From assembly GCA_965153285.1 (NCBI GenBank), contig OZ229116.1: a stretch of DNA of 64,000 bases; one strand, written 5' to 3'. The notes under the pieces are model-generated. The model worked only from the letters and a program-made list of their open reading frames with translations. It did no database searches and was not told the origin of the DNA. The position numbers were made by a program, and so were the translations under genes. This document shows positions 52,201-58,800 of the stretch, piece by piece. Source of the DNA: Podarcis tiliguerta (taxonomy: Eukaryota). How positions within the stretch are numbered: the stretch's first letter is position 1; every line of letters starts with the position of its first letter.

Positions 52201-53988
52201 ACACCCAACAATATTACAGAATGTTTGCAAAATGCATTTTCATAGGATTCCTAAAACTAAACAGTAAAGTGGGTTTGGTGGGACTCTCTAGGAAAGATAC
52301 TATCCAGTTGTGGTTCCAACAATGTGCCAAATGTTGATTCTTTGCTTTCAAAGAAATACATTACAAGAATATTACTAACACAGATATAATAATATACATG
52401 TATTTTTACATTTCTCTTTCAAAAACAGGAAAGGGGTACATGCCCAGGAAGACATTTATAAATTTCCTCCAACTAGAATTGGTGAATCCAGTACACTGAA
52501 AATTACTGTGAGGAATTATTCCTCCTTTTCAAACAAGGTATATATAGAATTAATAGTATTGTTTCAAGATGTTTTTATATAATAACTCTTACTCCTTAGC
52601 ATCTAATTCCTGATAGTAGGTCTCGGGCTAAATTTCTTTCTACCAATGTTTGTTTTCTGATAATTCACTTCCCAACATTCATCTCATTTTCAGCTGAACA
52701 CCAATTAACTTTCATTTTAAAATTGTACACTATATTGAATGTAAATCCCAATCTTGGAACTTGTGCTGTGGATTGATTGTTGAACAAATATTAAAAGCTT
52801 AAACACTACAAACCTTTTCTGGTCTAAATCCAACAAAATTGGGAGTGGGTTTAAGCAAGCTTAACTGTTTTGGATGCAGACCTTTTTGCTAAACCTGCAT
52901 CCCAGTATATCTTTTATCTTATTGCTGAACTCTGGGGAACTATATGCTTAGTTGTTAATGAATATAGTAACCTGAATTGTCTTAACCATTTCTTGTTAAA
53001 TTTCAGCTGAAGTTCAGATGTCCCAGAGAGCCTTTTTATATCAAACATTCCCATTATACTTTGAGGTAAGTGAACTCAAATGTTCTAAAGCTTCAACTTT
53101 TACCTGGATTAGGAGGATGAGTATTGGTGTGAATGGGAGTTGTCATTAAACAACATCTGGGGAGCACCATGTTGACTGTCTCTAGAACAGCAGTTCTCAG
53201 CCTGTGGGTCCCCAGATGTTGTTGGACTACAACTCCCATTATCCCTGAGCTCTGGCCTTGCTAGCTAGGGGTGATGGGAGTTGTAGTTCAACAACATCTG
53301 GGGACCCACGCGTTGAGAAAGGCTGCTCTGGAACATTTGTCTTGATACCCCTGCATAGCCCATGTGGTTGTGGCACTGGAGACACTCAAAGTAAATGCCT
53401 GAGTTATGTCCTGTACACACATTTTCTAGAATGGCTTAAGTTTCTTGGTTATGCTGATGTCAAAGATCAAAGGCACAAAGAGACTTTTAAATGTTCTTAC
53501 ATATTCAAAAAGTTTGTAAATACTTAAATATTTTTTATTTTAGTTGTATTGTTTTGTTGCTTTGTTATTTGTTGCCCTGGCCTCCTTTGGGAGGTAAGTG
53601 GGATAGAAATGTAATTACTGATAACAGTTAATAATCCATAATGATTGATAAACCAGTTTGAACTCCACACACAATATTATGCCACTGACTGCAGTATTCT
53701 GGCCAGTTAGCAAGTGAACTTTCTGCCGGCTCTTGCAGACCTACAGAGCTCCCAAAAAGACGGTAAAGAGCTACAGTACTTTTCTCTTGAAATCTCAAAC
53801 TGAAGCAGCCTGTTAAGGAATTGTCTAACTGTTGTAAACTTGTCTCTTGCAGATGTCACCACTACTGCAACTTACCAGTACAGTTCAAGCCAGTATCAGC
53901 AGGCCCTTTCAAAGGCTTATTGATGGTGGAGACAGACAAAAGTGGCACTCTTACCATTCAGCTCATTGGTGTGGGTTTGGCAGAATAG
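7036..53988 (+). CDS. CEP192: CEP192, centrosomal protein of 192 kDa (whole spliced gene, 46 coding exons, about 2460 aa)
   Basis: N-terminus MEDFKCIADETFPS; acidic PLK4-binding-type segment (DEEFCDGQLETYFEQL); Aurora-A-binding-type region (VVYQNEDGRWVTDLAYYTSF; DQEEFEREHRFMQEE); SYLRLSLGEFFGQRSEALGCLGGG; YSFRPSTSPLIHSSP; C-terminal tandem ASH/Spd-2 domains. All junctions GT-AG with continuous phase; summed length 7383 nt, no internal stop. Confidence 0.97.
8160..8273 (+). CDS. CEP192: CEP192 coding exon 2
   Basis: QYDEASYMDNRFPAPLASSCSGESDSDPRKNLNFQDT; phase 2-2. Confidence 0.9.
9822..9973 (+). CDS. CEP192: CEP192 coding exon 3
   Basis: ECCNKAADNQLE...RLSLQHLE; phase 2-1; open frame with canonical splice sites. 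Confidence 0.8.
10712..10764 (+). CDS. CEP192: CEP192 coding exon 4
   Basis: DLTARIFASFEKDNEDYK; phase 1-0; strong poly-T acceptor. Confidence 0.78.
10834..11050 (-). mobile_element. CR1 LINE ORF2 (reverse transcriptase) decayed fragment
   Basis: Minus-strand translation VPVKLVESFKDKMVKY...EQHGFCKDKACLS resembles the CR1 RT motif SVPGKLVE..IKD..QHGF.KGKSCLTNL. Confidence 0.8.
11236..11365 (+). CDS. CEP192: CEP192 coding exon 5
   Basis: AVSLEHGQ...FSRFIENEQPLSFASLEGNST; phase 0-1. Confidence 0.85.
11631..11782 (+). CDS. CEP192: CEP192 coding exon 6 (PLK4-binding-type acidic segment)
   Basis: EYEIGDEEFCDGQLETYFEQLVLPEMQMEDVEE; phase 1-0; donor act|gtaagt. Confidence 0.9.
12430..12573 (+). 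CDS. CEP192: CEP192 coding exon 7
   Basis: EKFQIPNICQAARTGSPVASDEE...; phase 0-0; alternative in-frame donor at 12561. Confidence 0.75.
12739..12874 (+). CDS. CEP192: CEP192 coding exon 8 (end 12874 or 12895)
   Basis: VECSKPSLNSGHGDSSEK...SSDAL; phase 0-1; two in-frame weak donors. Confidence 0.72.
13184..13254 (+). CDS. CEP192: CEP192 coding exon 9
   Basis: GCHDCSEEDGISVKTKTVSSSSRN; phase 1-0; donor aat|gtaagt. Confidence 0.75.
13333..13397. repeat. Short palindromic interspersed element (perfect 19-bp inverted arms)
   Basis: agagtagacccattgaaat ... atttcaatgggtctactct; related copies near 47640-47760 and 44450-44535. Confidence 0.7.
13978..14197 (+). CDS. CEP192: CEP192 coding exon 10
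   Basis: DATNVTNCELKLDSLYF...DAYLSPSAYKGSEQYECTAE; phase 0-1. Confidence 0.82.
14633..14764 (+). CDS. CEP192: CEP192 coding exon 11 (Aurora-A-binding region, part)
   Basis: DPPHDVVYQNEDGRWVTDLAYYTSFNKEQ; phase 1-1. Confidence 0.95.
15887..15951 (+). CDS. CEP192: CEP192 coding exon 12 (Aurora-A-binding helix)
   Basis: SEAIAVIDQDQEEFEREHRFMQ; phase 1-0. Confidence 0.93.
16038..16235 (+). CDS. CEP192: CEP192 coding exon 13
   Basis: EEKMELQNTSG...ASYLRLSLGEFFGQRSEALGCLGGGGDVKR; phase 0-0. Confidence 0.96.
16686..16806 (+). CDS. CEP192: CEP192 coding exon 14
   Basis: PSFGYHITSPEKRQPLPLWRQSDVSR; phase 0-1. Confidence 0.94.
17057..17281 (+). mobile_element. pogo/Tigger-like MITE, family A
   Basis: TA|cggtggtacctcgggtta ... 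taacccgaggtaccactg|TA; near-identical to copies at 51512 and 56220. Confidence 0.9.
17761..18015. mobile_element. pogo/Tigger-like MITE, CpG-rich family B
   Basis: TA|cagtcataccttgggat ... atcccgaggtaccactg|TA. Confidence 0.85.
18612..18706 (+). CDS. CEP192: CEP192 coding exon 15
   Basis: DVEESIKEDSHIASATFTLCEVSAKDTERGR; phase 1-0; in-frame internal donor at 18676. Confidence 0.8.
18805..19279. mobile_element. Tc2-like (CCGTATTT-ended) MITE
   Basis: TA|ccgtatttttccatgtataaga ... tcttatacacggaaaagtaggg|TA; C-rich low-complexity interior. Confidence 0.82.
19365..19560 (-). mobile_element. CR1 LINE 3' end fragment
   Basis: tgctggatcagaccaaaggtctgtctagtcc...gggaagcccacaagcaggac resembles the reverse-strand 3' end of a squamate CR1. 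Confidence 0.6.
19619..20258 (+). CDS. CEP192: CEP192 coding exon 16
   Basis: ...SILSISTIASAIANASVSTDPAQLAALM...STFDIEKYLRKTD...; 640 nt open; phase 0-1. Confidence 0.92.
20764..20994 (+). CDS. CEP192: CEP192 coding exon 17
   Basis: YSESEGRTSKNTLP...NEKHRAFENISADNQKDV; phase 1-1. Confidence 0.85.
21009..21620 (+). mobile_element. Tc2-like MITE
   Basis: TA|ccgtactttttgca ... tgcaaaaagtacgg|TA; subterminal blocks shared with 37870 and 40826; internal 26-bp direct repeat. Confidence 0.88.
22950..23067 (-). mobile_element. 5'-truncated L2 LINE 3' end
   Basis: (att)n tail + tttataccccacccatctggct...ccagccactctgggc...aacttccctaaacagggct; taataataattt on both sides (possible TSD). Confidence 0.7.
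23567..23714 (+). CDS. CEP192: CEP192 coding exon 18
   Basis: ...DDEQYSFRPSTSPLIHSSPNEASGT (contains an S-S-P polo-box-type motif); phase 1-2. Confidence 0.92.
25444..25612 (+). CDS. CEP192: CEP192 coding exon 19
   Basis: ADADCPD...HSLGRLTFVSATEKTLQN; phase 2-0. Confidence 0.9.
25824..25913 (+). mobile_element. Truncated pogo/Tigger-like MITE (family A-related)
   Basis: TA|cagtggtacctctggttacgaacttaatttgttccggaggtccg; right TIR absent. Confidence 0.7.
27438..28248 (+). CDS. CEP192: CEP192 coding exon 20 (large)
   Basis: 811 nt open frame including VPTLLTGFSLRATPFAQQYL; phase 0-1. Confidence 0.92.
28338..28600. mobile_element. pogo/Tigger-like MITE, family C
   Basis: TA|cagtggtgcctcgcaagac ... 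gtcttacgaggtaccactg|TA; internal reiterated (c)gtcttgcga-like motif. Confidence 0.88.
28892..29040 (+). CDS. CEP192: CEP192 coding exon 21 (start of ASH-domain region)
   Basis: RVKVPEEVTFLNACCVGLTSHTVLSILNPSERWLQVSIG; phase 1-0. Confidence 0.96.
29501..29731 (+). CDS. CEP192: CEP192 coding exon 22
   Basis: MDPLKHRCFLFKNKTVIGP...ASWPFTADADTIVQAQALA; phase 0-0. Confidence 0.96.
29968..30261. mobile_element. Old hAT-like MITE
   Basis: Ends caggatg ... catcccg flanked by atgtatat/atgtacac (6/8 match, candidate TSD). Confidence 0.45.
30513..30638 (+). CDS. CEP192: CEP192 coding exon 23
   Basis: VEAGTTNHLDFGDMPSGSWKALPLKLTNKTCARVPVRLVIYA. Confidence 0.95.
31130..31760 (+). mobile_element. Decayed L2 LINE ORF2 fragments
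   Basis: Remnants of the DLSAAFDTVDH-type motif (tctgcctgtgaaaccgttgaccag) and PLPKLLHWDPI..MQHKLL (LHWLP-type) in pyrimidine-rich sequence. Confidence 0.6.
31880..31985 (-). mobile_element. Degenerate tRNA-derived SINE head (Squam3-like)
   Basis: gggagactgaaattagacgtttttgcatgcaaaacacgttctctgttactgagctac = reverse-strand A/B-box region; a similar fragment at about 23830-23945. Confidence 0.5.
32234..32374 (+). CDS. CEP192: CEP192 coding exon 24
   Basis: NAVAWRCFTFSKEP...SVISHVMNARSDGQ. Confidence 0.94.
32869..32929 (+). CDS. CEP192: CEP192 coding exon 25
   Basis: DPDVLVVWVQFHAPSKCITS; phase 0-1. Confidence 0.92.
32963..33196 (+). mobile_element. pogo/Tigger-like MITE, family D
   Basis: TA|cagtggtaccttggttgtcaaac ... 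gtttgacaaccaaggtaccactg|TA (perfect 23-bp TIR). Confidence 0.92.
34232..34368 (+). CDS. CEP192: CEP192 coding exon 26
   Basis: DSLGPADEYFARIDVEVDCPEP...ARSGTPRIYAPKGLQ; phase 1-0. Confidence 0.95.
34457..34549 (+). CDS. CEP192: CEP192 coding exon 27
   Basis: TLYMSARMGLSTRQQLPLKNAGNIKVDLKIL. Confidence 0.94.
35066..35152 (-). mobile_element. Bov-B (RTE) LINE 3' end fragment
   Basis: gttgttgtttagttgtttagttgtgtccaactctttgtgaccccatggacc...gccaggcactcctgtcttccactgcctcc is the reverse of the Bov-B 3' terminus with a (caa)n tail. Confidence 0.85.
35539..35654 (+). CDS. CEP192: CEP192 coding exon 28
   Basis: ALEPDSGISVNPEDLVLIPGEEQEVTVVFSPK; phase 0-2. Confidence 0.94.
35736..35912 (+). CDS. CEP192: CEP192 coding exon 29
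   Basis: VLKILVLPSGPEYKVTVKGEV...VPPILANKQFLTWGGIQLGRT; phase 2-2. Confidence 0.95.
36755..36845 (+). CDS. CEP192: CEP192 coding exon 30
   Basis: QQKLILRNNSPSITQQLRLLIRGQDQDCFQ; phase 2-0. Confidence 0.95.
37652..37816 (+). CDS. CEP192: CEP192 coding exon 31
   Basis: LKLGEHVYNNCEIKIRPK...FTPTRL...GIKFT. Confidence 0.95.
37870..38356 (-). mobile_element. Tc2-like MITE, GC/CpG-rich
   Basis: TA|ccgtatttttcaccctatagg ... cctatagggcggaaaatacgg|TA; inverted relative to 21009 and 40826. Confidence 0.9.
38638..38777 (+). mobile_element. Sauria SINE 5' half (3'-truncated)
   Basis: ggtggtgctgtggtctaaac...gccgatcagaaggtcggcagtttgaatcccc...ccaacctagcagttcaaaagca; overlaps in sequence with the copy at 41581. 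Confidence 0.85.
39147..39413 (+). CDS. CEP192: CEP192 coding exon 32
   Basis: IPLYGYGGNSNL...FSVQNTGSRAAYVKALCF...SPEKFVLQESSQQ. Confidence 0.96.
39594..39700 (+). CDS. CEP192: CEP192 coding exon 33
   Basis: KVTVTFNSTED...ICFVYGDEILRQQYR; phase 0-2. Confidence 0.94.
39835..40027. mobile_element. hAT MITE
   Basis: TIR cagagcttttcaaact / agtttggaaaactctg with 8-bp TSD tattagta/tattagtg. Confidence 0.85.
40826..41298 (+). mobile_element. Tc2-like MITE
   Basis: TA|ccatattttttgctc ... gagcaaaaaatacgg|TA. Confidence 0.88.
41371..41480 (+). CDS. CEP192: CEP192 coding exon 34
   Basis: AVQQNPEQVQK...FDEEFPGEELVTE; phase 2-1. Confidence 0.94.
41581..41885 (+). mobile_element. Sauria SINE, 5'-truncated, with 13-bp TSD
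   Basis: Characteristic body (aagtgcaagtagataaataggta...gggaaggtaa; tggccacatgacc) and (accttt)n tail; TSD taccactttccct at 41568-41580 and 41886-41898. Confidence 0.93.
42645..42786 (+). CDS. CEP192: CEP192 coding exon 35
   Basis: YDLPQHSFDIQYFFMNMRRIIVS; phase 1-2. Confidence 0.93.
43235..43404 (+). CDS. CEP192: CEP192 coding exon 36
   Basis: ...TLDVLPVKGPHG...WTLQPEFLILTAPSQ; phase 2-1. Confidence 0.94.
43697..43938 (-). mobile_element. pogo/Tigger-like MITE, family D-related
   Basis: TA|cagtcataccttggttct ... agaaccaaggtatgactg|TA; interior is the reverse complement of the 32963 copy. Confidence 0.9.
44251..44374 (+). CDS. CEP192: CEP192 coding exon 37
   Basis: ...NNSNRSLTFELSWPAHCLTVTPQHGTIEP; phase 1-2. 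Confidence 0.95.
45246..45351 (+). CDS. CEP192: CEP192 coding exon 38
   Basis: SNISIYVSPNPS...FPWSGLIYVHCDNGQK; phase 2-0. Confidence 0.95.
46160..46361 (+). CDS. CEP192: CEP192 coding exon 39
   Basis: LVRVQIRENIS...KPSSTKLEVKNRTVFFPETKSGESS; phase 0-1. Confidence 0.93.
47179..47258 (+). CDS. CEP192: CEP192 coding exon 40
   Basis: KYIEIENNGDANVKWLLSSFAPPYIK; phase 1-0. Confidence 0.95.
47847..47942 (+). CDS. CEP192: CEP192 coding exon 41
   Basis: GLDDSGEVYRATYTAFRCSLLSGILKAHGEEK. Confidence 0.95.
49191..49422 (+). other. GC/CpG-rich 232-bp insertion between 27-bp direct repeats
   Basis: gaacctagaggcagtgtcttcattaag at 49164-49190 and 49423-49449; interior has CCAAT, GGGGCGGGG and many CpGs. 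Confidence 0.85.
49718..49945. mobile_element. Old hAT-like MITE
   Basis: Ends catgggc ... gcccatg with 8-bp TSD ggtacaac/ggtagaac. Confidence 0.65.
50178..50297 (+). CDS. CEP192: CEP192 coding exon 42
   Basis: VVVTFLPRDRGHYSQFWDLECHP...RLQFCGM. Confidence 0.96.
50774..50800. repeat. (TATC)n microsatellite
   Basis: tatctatctatctatctatctatctat. Confidence 0.9.
51512..51740 (+). mobile_element. pogo/Tigger-like MITE, family A
   Basis: TA|cagtggtaccttgggtta ... taacctgaggtaccactg|TA. Confidence 0.92.
51792..51910 (+). CDS. CEP192: CEP192 coding exon 43
   Basis: GILGNEDFKNEDSAAALVKVSVRD...; linker; phase 0-2. Confidence 0.85.
52429..52537 (+). CDS. CEP192: CEP192 coding exon 44
   Basis: KGVHAQEDIYKFPPTRIGESSTLKITVRNYS; phase 2-0. 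Confidence 0.95.
53007..53065 (+). CDS. CEP192: CEP192 coding exon 45
   Basis: LKFRCPREPFYIKHSHYTL; phase 0-2. Confidence 0.95.
53188..53325. mobile_element. Palindromic hAT MITE (138 bp)
   Basis: Near-perfect fold-back (gtgggtccccagatgttgttggactacaactcccat / atgggagttgtagttcaacaacatctggggacccac); TSD ctctagaa/ctctggaa. Older relatives near 8695, 16880, 24785, 50975. Confidence 0.9.
53853..53988 (+). CDS. CEP192: CEP192 coding exon 46 (last)
   Basis: CHHYCNLPVQFKPVSAGPFKGLLMVETDK...IQLIGVGLAE*; tandem TAG TAG. Confidence 0.96.
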
Positions 53989-54110
53989 TAGTTTAAAGAG
54001 CTACTGTTTTCAGTACGCGATGAATTCACAACTAAATTATTGAATGACAGGTTCTTTTTTGTTGTTGTACACAGACTATTTTGTAGGAAATGGAGGTGCT
54101 TGTGATTTTA

Positions 54111-54253
54111 AATAAAGTAATTTTGTATGTTATCATGCAACTTACACTACTGCACTTTGGCTGTTGAAAGCAGCACTGTGTCTTATTTTTGTATTGATTA
54201 TGACTTTACAAATGACACTGTGTTTTTAAACATTTTTTTTTAAAAAAAATAAA
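54111..54253 (+). terminator. CEP192 polyadenylation signals (AATAAA at 54111 and 54248; a third at 54415)
   Basis: AATAAA hexamers about 120-260 nt after the stop codon with U/GU-rich flanks. Confidence 0.7.
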
Positions 54254-54569
54254 GTTTTCCACTGAATTCTTGTCCGCTTTACAGCACCTATCACTAAACT
54301 CCGTGTGGCTTACCTGTTTCTATCCAGCTCTATATTCCAGTAGAAAAAGAGTTACAAGTTTCTGCAAATCCCTTCCTATATTGCGTAGCTCAAAAGTGAA
54401 TCCTGGTGTGTTTTAATAAATTTGCACTAGGTTTGTTATGTTGAATATTGTTTAAAGCTGCTTAGAGCTCAAAAACTACTGAGGTATAGTTTCTGGTTTG
54501 CCTACTGAGTTCAGGAAACATGTTGTGACTTCAGCCTAACGGGAATTGAGCTAAGAAATACAACTCATA

Positions 54570-54679
54570 AACAGAGGTTAGATGGTCATCTGTCGTGGAT
54601 GATTTAGTTAGGATTCCTGCATTTCAGAGGGTTGGACTAGATAACCCTTGAGGTCCCTGCCAACTCTATGATTCTATGA
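54570..54679 (+). mobile_element. CR1 LINE 3' end
   Basis: gattcctgcatttcagagggttggactagataacccttgaggtccctgccaactctatgattctatga with the octamer (attctatg) tail. Confidence 0.85.
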
Positions 54680-56219
54680 ATGGTAAGCAACCTCTTGTTA
54701 ATTTGGCCAATAACTGCATGCTTGAAATGAACAATTTTTAAGATCCCATGAATGCTTTCAGCTATAACACCTCCTTCAGAGCAACAGAAAATAATCACTT
54801 TGTAGCAAGCTATTTATTTATAATAGCGCTCAGGTCCAGGGCCATATTCTCGAGCTAGTTTTTGCTAGTAGTGTTTGCATAGGGGTCAAAAGTGCAGTAA
54901 TTTACACTTCTCTGAGCATTCTGTTCCCACTATCAGGCAATACAGCTGAAACTGCTCCAAGCAACTATGACAAGCAAACCAGGAAATGATGACCGTGTTG
55001 TCAGTAACCCTATTAAGGCATTCAAAAAAATGCATGAGGACCTAAACTGGGAAAGAGGAGATGGGTGCATGTATGCTCACAACACTTCCAATTCTCATTC
55101 ACTGAACAAGAAGCCCTGAAGGAGGAAGAGATCAAAAACCCTGTGTTATGAAGGAATGTTGACTGTGAGGAGACTTGTAAGTATGTTCAATTATGTGCGT
55201 TTGCAAACACACACAGGCACAGCTCCCTTGCAGAGGCTTTTGTTAGTGGGGCCCTTTGGTTGTCTCTGACCCTTACATGTTGAAGGTATCTGCTTTTTCT
55301 GTTCCTTTCATCTCTGCTGCTGCCATTTCGTTCTAAATAAATGTTCCTTTATTCACCCATTAGCGCACAGCAGCTGGGTTTAGGCTATGGGATGAACAGA
55401 TCAGATGAAGAACTGTATAGACCACCCTACACTATAAGGCCACCAAGTGGTGTGCGGGATAATAACGTAGCAACCATGCAACACAAATGCTTAAAAGCAA
55501 TAACCTCAATGCAGCTCATAATAAAGAAGCAGTATGGAACTGTTCGCAAATTTACATGTGACAAGGAAATCACTGGGCCAAAAGAAGGACTTGATAAGAG
55601 AGAATAAAGTCAGCCATTGCCAAGTTGTTTTGCTAAACTCCACCTCCATCCACTCCCATTTTGTTACTTGTTCCACTCCTGCACCACTATTTTGTGGTTG
55701 GTGGGGCTTCAGTCATTTTCAGCCCATGTAAGTGGTTATGGAGGTAGACAGTTGAAGATCCCTCAGCATAGCTTGCATAAAAGGCTGGAGCAATTCTGTG
55801 CTTTATGAAGGCTAGAAATGGTTAGGTTAGAAATGACTGTCAGAATCTGCTTTATTATATAAAACACACACACACACAAAATGTGCCACATAGCTTATTG
55901 TCTGCAAAATACTTTCATAGTATTTTGAATATGTCTTGGTACGAATGTATATATGTAACACTTTTAGGGACCCGAGTTGTTTTACCGGTACTGTTTGTGT
56001 TCCAGAGATTCACAGCTAAAACAGTGGTCAGAATACTGGGCTCTTTTTGCTTTTCATCTGGATGGGAGCCTGTTTTAATTACTGTTGCGGATGGAACTGG
56101 ATGGCTATTAGTGGCTTTCCTTCAGGTTACAGACCTGTGCTGTTTTCCGATGTCCCTATCCAGGGATGGGCAGAAAATAAATCAGGATCTCCTGGTAGAT
56201 ATTGGAGTGGTTTTCAGTA

Positions 56220-56461
56220 CAGTGGTACCTCGGGTTAAATACGCTTCAGGTTACAGACACTTCAGGTTACAAACTCCGCTAACCCAGAAATAGTGCTTGA
56301 GGTTAAGAACTTTGCTTCTGGATGAGAACAGAAATCACGTGGCGGGGGCGCGGCAGCAGCAGAAGGCCCCATTAGCTAAAGTGGTGCTTCAGGTTAAGAA
56401 CAGTTTCAGGTTAAGAACGGATCTCCGGAACGAATTAAGTACTTAACCCGAGGTACCACTG
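56220..56461 (-). mobile_element. pogo/Tigger-like MITE, family A (inverted)
   Basis: TA|cagtggtacctcgggttaa ... ttaacccgaggtaccactg|AA; reverse complement of 17057 and 51512. Confidence 0.9.
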
Positions 56462-58321
56462 AAGCATCAATAAAAAAGACACGTCCTCAAAAACGAAAGA
56501 AAAAAGATTAGGCTGCTGAAACAAAGAAAGCTTGGAGGAAAATTAAGTGTTTATTTATGTAGGCAGTGACTAAGAGATCTGTTCTGTTCCTAAAAACAAA
56601 TTCCTGGTGCAAGCATCAAAGATGGTTCTTAATTCTAAGTGTACAGAAGTCCATCCCCCCACCCCGCTGTCACAGTGCCATCATTCTGTGTCTGGCTCTG
56701 GTTGGTGGGTCGCAAGGTTCAAGTCAAAAACAAAGTATAATTATTAAGCCTGAAGTTGGCCCTCTCCTCAATCAGTTCTGGAAAGGTTCTTTGCCACCTG
56801 TGTAAACCTGAGGTCCATCTGGCAAAAACTGTAAGGTGGCTGGAAAGCCAAAGAAAGGAGAAAATTGTGCCTCAGAATATGCTTTTGAAACAAGTCTTCA
56901 AACTTTATTGTGTTCGTTTTTTTAAAAATCCAAATTGAAATGCTAAGGAGCGCACTGTGTCTTCAATAAACAATTGGTTCATTAGGTAAGTAATTATAAT
57001 AAAATAGTCCTCTCCAATGCAGAAAAAACAGCAGGGGGTTAAACTAGTCCCTTTCTTTTCTTACCTTCATTTCCAATTTCCACCAGACTAGCGGTAGGTA
57101 AAACTCATCCTGCATAGAGTTCTGTTTCATTGTGAGCATTCTGTCACTAGTCAGAGCTGTCAGGTATGTCAGTCATGGAGTATTGTGGCTGTGTCAGAGA
57201 CATAAACAGAGAGATTAGATGGCTACAAAGAGCTGTGAATGAGGGAGTAAATTGCGTTCAGGAGGGGGGGAAAAGTTAAAGAAACTGTTTTATCAAAAGG
57301 TCTGTTCAGGAGGTTACTGCTAATATATTACAGCTGGAACAAGATAATTGTGGAGATCTTTGGGTGTTCTCTGCAAAATGCTGCATACTTGCAATAAATA
57401 TTCAAATGCTTATTTTGTGTTGCGAGTGCCAGATAACCCATTCAAAGTGAAATACAATTCTTTTCAGAACATTTAAAATCTACTGCCAGGAAATGTTAGG
57501 AACAGTTTTATAAGCCCACAAGGAATATTTGTGCTAAATGGAGTCGCAAAAATACGTTTTCACAAAAGTTTCCTTGGAAAATCCATTCAAGCCTTAAATG
57601 GCTCTGCAGTGAGAAATATCTAGTAGCAAATTCAGTTGGGTCAAATTCTCAGCACTGTTTCCTCTGACCAAACAGGATGCCTTGTGGGGTTAGGAACACT
57701 GCATACACAGAATGGAATTATTAAGGCCTTGTCGCTGTGCAGAGCCTATCAAGTTTTCCTTTGTAGTTTAGCAGCTAATCACCTGTCACTCCATTTACCA
57801 GAAGGAAATATTCCATTTGCTTGTATGCAGTTTGATAAAGGATTTAGTTCACTACCTTTGGATTCCTGGTATTGGATGAAGGAACAACCGATGCAGACTT
57901 TTCTGTTGAAAATTCCCACGAACTGAACTGGAAAGGCATTGCAATGCATAATGCAGATGAACTCAAACCATTTTCTTTTGCCAGTACTAATAAAGCAATC
58001 GGATGCTATACTTTCTCTATTCTAGGGAGTTTAGCAGCAGTGGATACTTTCCGCACTCCCTTCCAGGTATCCTCTTGTTTTCTTTAAACATTACTTTCAG
58101 TCATGTCAGAGCAACTTACACATAAGTGAATCACACAGAACTGGTGGTTGAAAGTCACATTCACACTGTACATTTAAAGCACAGTTAGCACACATTTAAA
58201 GCACATGGCTCCCCCCAAATAATATTGGGAACTGTAGTTTACAATTTCCAGTACCCTTAACAAAATACAGTTACCAGGATTTGGGGTGTGTATGTCAAAA
58301 CGTATGCTGTGGGTGTAACCA

Positions 58322-58800
58322 TTGTTGGCATCCACTTGTCTCGAGACAATGGAGTTCGCCTCTGGGGGTGAAGTCAAACTACTGCGATAGCAACACCTAA
58401 GTGTTGGGCGTAAGCCTGGGCGGTGTATATGGAGATTCTGGGCTGCCCAGACAACAAGTGCCCCCTCTCGGCCTCACTGATGTGGTCCAAAGGAAACCAG
58501 CTTAGCTGCAGGAGTTGCCAGAAGGAGGTGTACAAGGTGCCATCCAACCATCTTAGGGACTTCTCTCTGGATTTGTGTAGGTTTACTCCTTAGCCTTTTC
58601 TTCTCTCGATGATATTCTGCAAGGCAGTGGAGGTTTAAGATCAGAGTTTTCTTTCTCATAGTTGGGCTATCTTCCCAGGTTGACAGGCCCCACTTGCCCC
58701 TCACTTCCCTCTACAGCACATGCAGAAACTGCTTTCTTGACCATTTGACCCACTATTGGCCTCATCTGAATCTGCCAGAGCTTCACAAGCAGGGGAAGTC
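58322..58800 (-). mobile_element. Interspersed retroposon, probably RTE-clade-derived
   Basis: Recalled lizard repeat (ggcatccacttgtctcgagacaatggag...ggatttgtgtaggtttactccttagcc...gggctatcttcccagg); family and strand assignment uncertain. Confidence 0.5.

Noticed and set aside
7036-53988. CEP192 pseudogene or non-canonical introns
   Set aside because: Frame is continuous through all 46 exons with GT-AG ends; I saw no U12-type GTATCCTT/ATATCCTT donor.
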